Part shown: piece after piece, positions 50,323 through 61,611 of the stretch
Position numbering within the stretch: position 1 is the stretch's first letter
Layout: every line of letters starts with the position of its first letter
Source of the DNA: Curvularia clavata
Lineage: Eukaryota
DNA length: 64,000 bases
Assembly: GCA_023920165.1 (NCBI GenBank)
Contig: CP089275.1
Span: 4,960,001 to 5,024,000, forward strand
Direction: 5' to 3'
Position numbers and translations under genes: made by a program
The notes under the pieces: generated by a model
What the model was told of the DNA's origin: nothing
Seen by the model: only the letters and a program-made list of their open reading frames with translations
The model's database searches: none

Positions 50323-52073
50323 TCATTGCTTTGCGTGAAAGCATGGTAGCCACTCTCTAAGGGCCTGGTGGAAAAGCTCCTGAGTTACAGGTATATCTGG
50401 GACATTGTCATAGGCCCCCATAGTCTGATCGTAACCATGTACCGCGTTACGCAGCACCTTGCCGAACACCTTGCTCTCCCCTGTGCTCACACCACACTTC
50501 GGAATCTCTTGCGTGATCTCAACCTTCGGTGCCTCAGGCAGATCGGAACCGGGGCTTAGCTGGCGCCGAAAGTCCATGTCACCGTTGGTCCAGTACACAT
50601 TTGAAGGGCGGATCGTCCATCCACCGAGTTTTTCAATAATCTTATCACACTTGGGCAGATCTGGTAAGAGACGAGCGGGCGCCGTCGGGAACTGGCGTTT
50701 GCAAATATCTTTCTGATGTTGAAATGAATTGTACTTGGAAACCATCTGGGTAGGACCCAGATTAGCGGGCTGAAGGCCCCCTATAATCGTTAATGTCGAG
50801 AATTCTGGGGAAACAGAATAAGACTTACCCATTTCTGTGCAGTATTGCCAACCCCAAGCAATAGACGATGCCGACGTGAATGGCAAATCGAGATTGCAGT
50901 CACCCGTTTTGTTCAGACTGCCCGAGCATGATAAATCCCAATTGTCGTTCACAATAGCTGTTAAGTTTGGATAAGCAGCCCACCTGTCTGACGCCCATTT
51001 GTCGCCCTTGGTTGCTGCCCAGCCCGCTTCTGGCGCCAACTTGTTCGTCTCAGGGTCCGTCTCCAGCCAGTCACAGAAGTAACGAAGTCCCCATTTTCCG
51101 CCTTCTACGCTATTGAACGTCCATTGGTAATAGATCAACGAAAGAACCTCGCCAAATGATGCGCTTGTACTGTTTCCAGCGCCAAGCCCTAGGAACTGCT
51201 CCTTTAGCGCGGTGGCGGCAGATTCGCCTGAGTCAAGAACCTTATCAATATGTCGAATCGCAGCCTGGATATCTCGGGTACAGTTTCCAAAGCCTTTGGT
51301 TATCATTCCCTCCCGTATGATGTCCCAGAAGAAACTAGTGTCAACTGTAACCTGGACGGGAGATGACGTAGAATACGATGCGAAAATAATCTCAGGGTGT
51401 TTTTCACGCAGCCAAGCACCCCTCATCCCTGGATACGAGCCACCTACCCAAACCCATGGTGTGTGATCGGGGGTGAGCTTGTAATCAATGTCCTTCCTGC
51501 TAAACTGCTTCGCGAAAGTGACGAAATCTTCAAGCGCTTGCTCGGTCGTGAAGAACTCGAAGGCCTCCGGTGGTGTATCAACGGTAATATTAACCTTCCT
51601 ATCGATTAGCTATTGTATTTGGATATAAGCACAATACTTACGGGTGTCGATTGACCATAGAATCGATGCTCCCATAGAATACCAAGACCATCGAAATCAT
51701 TCATGAAATGCCAAAAGTAGCTGTTGTTCTTGAAGAGAATGTATTCATACCATGCTGCAGCATCTGTTTCACCTGCATCGAAGATGAAAACCGGGCCACC
51801 TGGTTTGTAGGTTTTCGAGTTGACCCAGAATCTGTTGCGAAAAGTGCCGGCGTTGGTCCCGAAATGATCGAGTGGAAGGTCGATCCATTCTGTGTTCTTC
51901 TCTGCAGGTGAGATATCCCGGGTAGAAAGAGAGGACGGTCCAACGGGCATAGTGTCCGTAATAGGGCCCGCTTCGGCAAGCAGGCGCCAATCTTGGTATG
52001 TGCTTCCTTTTGAGGCATTGGTGCTTTGCAGCAGCGCAAGCAGGGAGGCCGCTGTCGATGTCGAGAACCGCAT
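50323..52073 (-). CDS. Secreted serine carboxypeptidase, family S28
   Basis: Signal peptide; LPLDHF, WEHRFYGQS, EQALED, GGSYPG, WQYCTE, C-terminal His; two introns. Confidence 0.9.
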
Positions 52074-53072
52074 ATTTGATGTGTTGGATTCGCGACTAAA
52101 ATGAAGCCAAAGTAATAATTCAATACGCTGAAGATTGAGGCGAGATTTGTACCTCACCCATCCAGTGTAGGAATCTGGACAGTAGAAGGAGAGGGGTTAT
52201 CTCCGACGAACGAAGTTCTCTATAGCACATTATATAGTATAATTGCCAAAAACGGCCGAACTTCATTCTTTACACGCCGTGGCCAATGATCTGGGAAACA
52301 CGTCCCATGTCGGCGAAACTCGCGGTCTGAATATCGAAAAGGCACATGTCATCACCCGTAAGATGTTTACGCATACTAAACCATATTGGCCGCTTAAACA
52401 GCGATCGTCTCCAGATTATCGGCGTGACAGACCATTGGGGCTCTTAATAGAGCAAAGCTCTTTAGTATAGTTTACGAAATAATCGGCTGTTGATATCAAG
52501 TTTCTCATGGCCTTCTTCAGCCTTGCAATGTGATGGGGCTAGAACGGCACGGATACGCTCTCACACCGTGTCGGCGAGTAAGCAACACTGCTGTTTTCGG
52601 TCGCATGTAATCGGCGAACAATCGGGGTCTGATGCAAAACTCACAAGACTAGGGCCGTTCGAGCGTCCAGGAACCTGTCTTGCTGTAGCTTCAGGGACGC
52701 AACTGACGCGCCCTTTCTTGTTTGAATCGCTGCCAGGTTCTAGTACCAACTAACAAAAACTCATTAGGTGCCTCCGTATGTATGTACAATCTAGACTATT
52801 AGTGAACCTCACCGCCACATAGTAAGACGAGTCTATGCGTATCCTAGCATGTTCGGCTTATGCAGCCGGAACTTCGGTGGACCCACCCCTTTTCATTCTG
52901 GCGACAAGTATGTAATTATACTGAGATTACTCGTTTTCAGCAAAAAGGAACACCAAGTCACAAAACTAATCTTTATTCTGTTCTATCGGTCGATATTTCG
53001 AAGCATTGCAGGTACGTCGGCAATCTGAGGACGGATAGGTAGCGCATGAGACATCAAATGAGCAAATTAAAA

Positions 53073-54619
53073 TCAGCGCATCCATCGCTGTCGCAGGACC
53101 CAGATACCCAAAGTCAAGGCCGTCAAGGGTATCGCAAACGCCCAATACACCCAGAACCTCTCAGAGACTGACCATTTTCCCGGTGCGCCATCTTGAGGCG
53201 GCGTATAGTTGAAAAAGCTCATGCTGAAAACAGCCTGTGTCATGATCAGCAGCAGCTCAACATCTGCACCACGAAACCTTACCGAGATGAATGTCGGTGG
53301 CAGGAAAAACATGCTGACCACTGCAATGGTTCGCATTGCACCACTGTCTTCTTTGGCTGCCGCTCCAAGCTCTTTCATGATCTGACTGTCGTATCTGGCC
53401 GCTTCGCCCAGGTTCGTCATGATCTGACTGTCGCGCTGTGCGATCATGTTGTAAGCCTGGAAGCGCGTTAGTGCCTACTTCTACGGAGAGAACATGCATG
53501 CCTTACGAGTGCGATCTCATTTTGCAACCTCTCTTTGTTTGACTGGGCGCGTAGTTGGAGGTTCTGAAGCATGCGAACATGGAATTCAAGATGTCGATTG
53601 ATTGGCTCAGTTGGATCTTGAAAATCCGGCGATGTCGCTGATTGTTGATTCGATTGGGTTGCAAGGTGCTGCTGGATGCTGCTTAGTGTTTCTATTGCTA
53701 CACTGAGAGTTTCTGAGGAGTGGATGGCATGTCTTGCTGCTTCGTGGAGCAATGTGAAATGAATCGTATCGTGCGTCGAACGCTTGCGGTCCTAGCATGT
53801 GCCTCGTGAGTCTTAGAAGTCCACTTGATCGTTCTCTGGTCACGTACTTTCTCTGCTTGCCGTACAACGTCTCGAATCGACCATATCGATCGATCGTACA
53901 GTGCGACGATGACTTCCATTAATGGCACAAGCAAGGTACCGGGATGCGTTCCCTGTAACTCAGGCCACATTTGATGGAGAGCTTGTTGGAGATCGGACTG
54001 AATTGTATCATCGACTCCCAGGCATAGCACAGAACTGTTTTTTGAATCCCATCGACAGCAGAATGTCATTTCGTACCAATGGTAATGCAACCCGCCCTTG
54101 TTACTTGCTATCTTAATCAACATGCGAAACCACATGTCTGGGAAGGTTAGCAGCGGCAATTCTCCGGGTTTGCGTACTCTTACAGGACGATTCACGCTGG
54201 CCATTTTGATCTCGCGACTTTTTAAAAGCAAAGAATCCATTAGAGCGCCTATAAATGTCGGCCCGAAGGTACTGAGGAATCTGAAAATATTCAACAAGCT
54301 CTGGCGGCACATGGCCGCTACCGCTGTCGGAAAACGGATCGTCGAACAACAGCCTGAGGTCTGGTTAATGCCAAAAAACAAACCCCATGGACACTGAGAG
54401 AGTACAGGTATTCTTTCGTCGAATGGCCGTGGTCCTATCGTGGTGCTTAGTCTTGTATGCCAGCAAGCGGGAAAAGAAATACTGTATCATACGCGGAACC
54501 AGCTGTCCAAACGTTCGGTATCTGAAATCCAGCCACCGGAATCTATCAAACAGTCACTTTCGTTTCTTTGAGACTCAAAAATTCCTCTTACTTAATTTTA
54601 CTGTGTTGACTGTAGCCAT
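53073..54619 (-). CDS. Fungal CorA-like domain membrane protein (two C-terminal TM helices, no GMN motif)
   Basis: Manual splicing of seven short introns gives an intact frame with YDRSIWSIRDVVR, LHEAARHAIHSSETL, RLQNEIALAYN, DSGAMRTIAVVSMFFLPPTFISAVFSMSFF, FWVYWAFAIPLT. The 5' exons are less certain. Confidence 0.8.
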
Positions 54620-55131
54620 GGATGTCAAAGAGAATGTATGTGCTAGAAAAAGTCCGAAAACAGCATGCTGCTTGCTCTATTAACTCGAGCTGAAGTCCCT
54701 CAGAGGCCGCAGGGCTACGCCACAACAGCTTATGCACAATGAATCGAGCCATTTAGGCAGGCGCATCTATCGTGTGCGAGGCTGTCCAATGAACGCGTGA
54801 GCAGAGTCCCCATCAACTTAGGCGTTTGGGGGCCGAATTATCCGCACAAATGATGATCTCGCGTCGCAATCCTGCGTAACATGTCCCTGGTCACTAGCTC
54901 CCTGCTTTGCATACTCCGTCTCAGCAACCGAGTCTATAGAGGCTGAGTGCTAGCCACATAGCTTCTGCATACTTTCTGCGACAGCCCTCGCCCGTGCTCC
55001 ACGTCTGCACTCAACTCCCAAATTCTTTGGCTCTGCTCCATTTCATCGCATTTCAATATCTATTCTCAAAACTCTCCACTTTCCATGAGCGCCAGGATAT
55101 CTACAGGGTTGGCCACATGAACTGATTGCAG

Positions 55132-58100
55132 ATGTCGCACCAGCCTGGCCGCGATGAGTATACCGTAGGATGGGTATGCGCGCTGCCGGTTGAGTTGGTA
55201 GCAGCGAGATCGCTGCTAGACATAAGGTACGATGCTCCTGATCTCGAAGCAGGCGAGAAGTGGGATGACACATACTACATGGGATCGATAGCTGGCCACA
55301 ATGTTGTGATCGCTTGCCTCCCATGGCGTACTGGAACAACTTCTGCAGCGGCCCTAGCGACACGTATGCAAGCCAAATTCCGAGGGATTCGACTGAGGCT
55401 TATGGTAGGCATTGGAGGAGGGGTTCCGAGCCACCAAGCAGATATCCGACTTGGTGATGTCGTGGTGAGCGTACCACAACATACCTATGGAGGTGTAGTG
55501 CAATACGACATGGGGAAGACGACACCGACGGACGTCATAAGAACAGGAAGCTTGGCTCCACCACCCCACGACTTGCTTAGTGCAGCGGTAGCGTTGCAAT
55601 CTGACATTTTGATGGGTGAAAGCAAGTTACTCAACATTCTCTCCGAAACCGAGCGTATCCCCTGCTTAAGGCACTGCGAATCCAGCGACGTACTTTACGA
55701 AGCCGATTATGATCATGAAAATGGCCCGACTTGTGAAAAATGTCTTCTGAAGAGACAGGTTGTGCGACCACAACGACTGAAAGGACAAGAGGTGGTGGTG
55801 CATCACGGAACCATCGCATCTGGTAACCAGGTGATGAAGAGCGCGGCTGCCAGAGACAAGATCAGCCAACGGCTTGGTGGTGTACTATGCTTCGAGATGG
55901 AGGCAGCGGGACTGATGAACGATTTCCCGTGCATGGTGATCCGTGGAATTAGCGATTATGCGGATTCGCACAAGAATGATCACTGGCAAGGTTACGCAGC
56001 GGGCACTGCAGCCGCATACGCCAAAGAGCTCCTGTCGAAGATCCCGCCAGCCCAGGTGGCAAAACTCCCTAGGGTAGATGAGACCATGACGGATACAAGA
56101 AGTCAGTACTGGTAGAATTTGTTTCACAATACTTGGCTTAGATTAACATGACGATAGAACGTAACGCGCAATCTCCAGAGGCACACTCTGTTGACTCGAA
56201 ACGTAGAAGGATGGGAAACACTGAAGGCCCGGCACTCGGATACGAAGAGTGAGTTATCTACAATTTCGGAAGATCTTATCGTCTTTAGGTGGCTAATGGT
56301 CGCAGAAACACGTCGATTGTTTGTACGTAAGCCAACTAACAATAGGCAACTAAATTTTAACTGACTGCATCGCCTAGTACAAGATAGAACCCGTAAAGCA
56401 GCGAACGAAGATCAGACACACCAATTCCGCAAAGAATATCAACCACGCCAGCCACTGAATGAAGAGCAAAAAGAAAAACTCCTGGAATCTCTCAAGTTTG
56501 ACCAGATTGACGAACGAAAGAACACAATCAAAAGAGCTCATATAAAGACCTGCAAGTGGCTCTTGAATAGTACGAGTTATCTGGAATGGCAGGATGCCAC
56601 GAAGATACAGGACCATCATGGTTTTCTATGGATCAAAGGAAAAGCTGGTGCAGGAAAATCCACATTAATGAAGTTCGCTCTCGAGAAAGCATGCAAGGGA
56701 CAAAGCGGCAATCTGGTCCTCTCGTTTTTCTTTAACGCACGAGGCAGCGAACTGGAGAAATCCACAATCGGAGCCTATCGGTCGTTATTGCTAAAACTCC
56801 TCCTCTCATTTCCTGCTCTTCAGGATGTTTTCGAAACACTGTACACTCGCACGTCAAGCTTTGATGCAAATCATAATTGGAGTGTTGAGTCGCTAAAGAC
56901 GCTACTGGAGGAAGCCATACAAAGGCTTGAGAATGTTTCTGTCGTCTGCTTTATCGATGCACTGGACGAATGCGACGAAACCGAAATTCGGGACATGGTT
57001 CGGTTTTTCGAGCATGTTGGAGATTTGTCAATCGAAAGGGGTATACGCTTTTTGATCTGCTTTTCGAGTCGGCATTATCCTCATATCACTATCCGCAACG
57101 GCTTAGAGTTAGTTCTGGAAGGACAAGAGGGCCATGACCAAGATATCACCAACTATATCGAGACGGAGCTAAATATTGGAAAAAGCAAAAAGGCGCAACA
57201 AATTCGCGCCGCTGTCCAAGAGAAGGCAGCAGGAATCTTCATGTGGGTTATTTTGGTAGTTGGGATTCTGAATAAGGAATCAGACCGAGGTCGTGTCGAT
57301 CGGCTCCAGCGAAAATTGCGCGAGATCCCAAGCGACTTATACAATCTCTTTCGAGACATTCTTACTCGAGACTCGAACAACAAAGAAGAGCTAGTTTTGT
57401 GTATCCAGTGGGTACTCTTTGCGAAACAAGCACTTAGCCCCGAACAACTCTATCACGCCATTCTTTCGGGTGTAGAGCCTGAAGCTGTTTCTGCATGGGA
57501 TCCTGAAGAAACCGATCAAGTGGCAATCAAACGTTTCATACTTGATTGTTCTAAGGGTCTTACAGATGTCACTGCCTCTAAGAATCAAAAAGTGCAGTTT
57601 ATTCACGAATCAGTTCGTGATTTTCTGCTCAAAGAAGAAGGACTGAACAAGATTTGGTCTGAGTATAAAGACAATTTTCTGGGTCAAAGCCACGAACGAC
57701 TAAAGCAATGCTGCTCAGCATACCTCGAAATTGACCTGAAGGAGTCACTGGATATACCCGAACCTCTGCCTAAAGCATCCTCACATAAAGCGAAAGAATT
57801 ACGTTTATTAGCTGAACAACAGTTTCCTTTGCTAGAATACGCTGTTCGCAACATATTCTACCACTCAGATCTAGCGGAGGGCTACGGCATATCCCAAGCG
57901 CAATTTGTCGATGACTCCCAGCGGAAACTGTGGTTTTGGGTTCAGCTACACAACGTGTTCGAGAAGTTCGAAGTCCGAAGGTATCGAGGGACTCTTAGTC
58001 TTCTGTACGTGCTAGCCGAGCTCGACTGTGCAAACCTGATCAGGTCTCATCTCCCGCTCGACGAATGTTCCAAGGCAGAAGATGAGCGCTACGGTTGCCC

Positions 58101-59526
58101 CCTTCTCGCTGCCTGCGCCCTGGGAAACAATGCAGCGATGCAAGTGCTCTCGTCTACTTTTGTACCAGCATCTACCGGGAGAGATTCAGATTACGACCGA
58201 GCTCAATGTGTTGCAATGAGTACCTCCGTTCAACAATCACATCGCGATTTTGCGTATTCGAAAGGCCAATCACTTTTGTTTAACGCAGCGCAAATAAGCC
58301 CTGAATGGCTGATGGTTCGGCTCTTGAGCTCATCAAGGTGCATTTCTGTCACTCCGACATCTGAGATCCAGTATGTGCTCGAAAAAGCATCTGAAAAAGG
58401 GTTCACAACCGTCGTTGAGAAGCTACTGCACAGCCACGCATTTGAATCTGATGAAGGATTTCGTTGGCAAGATCAACCGTTACTTCTTGCAGTAAAGAAC
58501 GGGCATGAATCAATCGTCAAATTACTCGTCTCGAAGGGTGCCAATACCGACTTACGAGACTACGGCAAAAACTCCATCCACATAGCCTCAGAAAAGGGAT
58601 TTGAAAATATTGTAATGTTCCTCTTAGACGAGCGTCCCGACCTCATTGAAAGCAGTGGTTCACGCGGCGAGACTCCCCTCTTTCTAGCAGTGACCAACGA
58701 ACATCCCTCACTTGCTGAAGCACTAATCCTGAGAGGGGCCAACATCCACTCTAGAACTATACATAGTAAGTCAGTTGTGGAAGAAGCTTCCCTGAAGGGT
58801 CTCAAAGATATTGTAATACTACTACTAGATCGCGGCGTTGGTATCAATGGACAAGATCATGCCTTCTGGGCGGCTTGCTGGAAAGGACATGAGGACATCA
58901 TCGAGCTTCTGCTAGAGCGAGGTGCTGACGTTAACATGAAACGTAGCGGTGTCAGCGATGCGCTCCACGTAGCTTGTCGTATGGGCCGCCAGAGCATAGT
59001 TGAGCTTTTGCTGAAGAGAGGTGCTTATGTTAACGCTCAAAGCGACAGGCACGGCAATGCGCTCCAGGCAGCTTGCTTTCCAGGTCAAGAGGGCATCGTA
59101 GAACTGTTGCTAGAGAAGGGTGCTGACGTTAATGCACAAGGCGGCATGTACGGCAATGCGCTCCAGGCAGCTTGTCGTTGGGGCCACCAAAGCATAGTTG
59201 AGCTTTTGCTAAAGAGAGGTGCCTATGTTAACGCTCAAGGCGGCGAACACGGCAATGCGCTCCAGGCAGCTTGTCGTTGGGGCTACCAAAGCATTGTAGA
59301 GCTGTTGCTAGAGAAGGGTGCTGACGTTAATGCACAAGGCGGCATATACGGCAATGCACTCCAAGCAGCCTCTTTCAGTGACAGCCCCGATATCGTTGAG
59401 CTTTTGTTAAGGAGAGGCGCCCATGTCAACGCACGAGGTGGCCTATGTGGCAGCGCTCTGGCTGCCGCTAGAAGTCCAAGAGTTGTGGAATCGTTAAAAT
59501 CATATGGAGCAAAGCTGCATTCTTGA
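55132..59526 (+). CDS. Fungal NLR: PNP_UDP_1 effector, NACHT NTPase, ankyrin repeats
   Basis: YTVGWVCAL, MVGIGGG, CFEMEAAGL, IRGISDYADSHKN (PNP). GKAGAGKST and FIDALDEC (NACHT). About ten ankyrin repeats. Introns 56102-56157, 56249-56305 and 56323-56377 join the two ORFs in frame. Confidence 0.92.
58855..59470 (+). repeat. 99-bp high-identity ankyrin tandem repeats
   Basis: GGCAATGC(G/A)CTCCA recurs at 59053, 59152, 59251 and 59350, with weaker copies at 58954 and 59449. Confidence 0.9.
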
Positions 59527-61240
59527 GCATTCCTTTCACCACATAAACTCTCATTCAGCTGCTGTTACACCGGGCTATTGTATCCGAAAACCAGGTCACT
59601 ACAATTGCAATTTTGCTTCTCGCCTCCCACTGTACACGCAACAACCACTTGATTCTCCCAATCCCACCTTATTACACCATGAGCTGCCTCAGTCTTAATA
59701 CTGCAACGATCCAATTAGCCACCCCTTTCACGATAGCAATGTAAACAAAGTGAAGAAAACTCTAATTACTTTACCACAGGATGCTCGCAGTACCACCAGA
59801 ACCAATCATACACCCCACTGACGAGACACCAAATCTCGACAATGAAATACAAACTCTCACTCTACCATACCAGCATGATCCGCCCTAAGTTCCTCAAATG
59901 CGAATTTTCTCCAACCTATTCCTTGGTCTCTTTCTCCAGGATCCACTTGCACATGATAATGGAGTCCTTTGCCCTCATTATGTACATCCTGTAACAGCAC
60001 TAGCTAACTTTGCATCTGTACAACGAGCGTAGCCTCCTAGACCTATTTGCAATATCATCCTAGTGTCTCAGTCCGTTGACGCCCGGAAATTAGTCAATGT
60101 TCTTTTCTTCTACCATCTTTACCGAGGCTATGCTCATTTCCACGCCCTACACCAACACACTAAGACGGGAACATGTCTTAAGGCGGAGAGGCATAAATAC
60201 TATCATCTTGTACATATCACATGTAAGAGAAGTTTTTTAGTGTGAGAAAAACATTAACGTGTCGGGGGAAACACGAAAGCGACAACTTCCGGCGCTAGCA
60301 AACGAGTCTAAGCTTTCTAGTGTATTCCGGAACTACTAGTTACACTAATTGGTAATCTTGTATTCATGCATATTGTCCCTGACTAGACGAGCTGTGCTCC
60401 CACCGAGGGCCTTTTACATCTGGTATGTGACCTCTATAATTTCATTGCTCTAATCTTCAGCCATGACATGCACATGCACCACCGCTATACCTAAGATAAT
60501 GATTACCATGCGCTGCTAGCATATCTGACTAAGCCTCTCACCCTGTGTTGCTAGTCTCACTCCCCAAGTAGAGACAACCGCACGAGCCGCATTGAAAACA
60601 ACGCTAGACACTAAACACACCAAACAAACATCAGCAGAACAACGTCAATAACATCAATATCAACAGAGTCAACATCGATGGCATCAATATCAATAGGACC
60701 AATATCACCATAGCAGAAAAGCCGTGAATTCGCTATCTTACACAAACCCTACAAGCACTCCCTCCTCAATGGCATATCGTAAGGTATCCAACCCCATCCA
60801 TATACAAGTACACAGATATCTACATAGAACCGAAAAACAAGGGCCTAACATCCCAGAGTCCACCAAAACCCCGGAACTCACACAAAAAGCTCCGATTTCC
60901 TCGACCCGAGAAAAAAAAAGGGCCTTTGAAAATGCACGTACACAGAAAACACAAGCAAGAAAAAGAAAAGAAAAGAATAAGACCAAAGTGAAGGGTTACA
61001 TCCGCTTAACGGACCCCCCAAAAAGCGGGGAAAACAACAAAGTATCAGAATAAAAAAAGAGACTAGGCATGAAGAGATGGACAAAAAAAAGAAATGATTT
61101 CAACCATACATTACTACATTGGGTCATATGAGAGAAAAATTTATACAAGAACACTACGACATTTAGGAAAACCCCCTCTCTTCGTTGAAGAAGAAGAAAG
61201 TGAGACATGAATAGCTAGACAATAGGAGATATGTATCGAC

Positions 61241-61270
61241 AGATGGATAGATAGATGGATAGATGGATAG
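61241..61270. repeat. GATG/GATA simple repeat
   Basis: agatggatagatagatggatagatggatag seen directly. Confidence 0.7.
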
Positions 61271-61611
61271 AAATTAAGGAAAAAAGACTTTGCGCATCAT
61301 GACAAACGACGCCCTTTTCGTTAGTATTTCAATAGTACAAGTGTGTAAATAGACAGGAGAAAAAAAAGGAAATGGTAGTTGTAGACATAGATGGTAGAAG
61401 TGTTGGAAGAAAGCAGAGGGAAAAAAAAACATACGTCCTTCGCTCGCTTCGCCATTTGAATTTCCTTTGCCCGTCTCGAATCCAGTGTCATTTGAAGTTC
61501 CCAGAGAAACAAAAAGCGGCCGTTAAATATGCATGTATGCGCTAGAATTTTTTTGATTCCCCCACTTATTGGAACAAAAAAAGATCAATGAGTAGTCCCC
61601 CTCTTGCCCCT

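Noticed and set aside
60724..61512. Small ORFs in the A-rich region
   Set aside because: Low-complexity T-rich 3' region of the minus-strand transcription factor; no motifs
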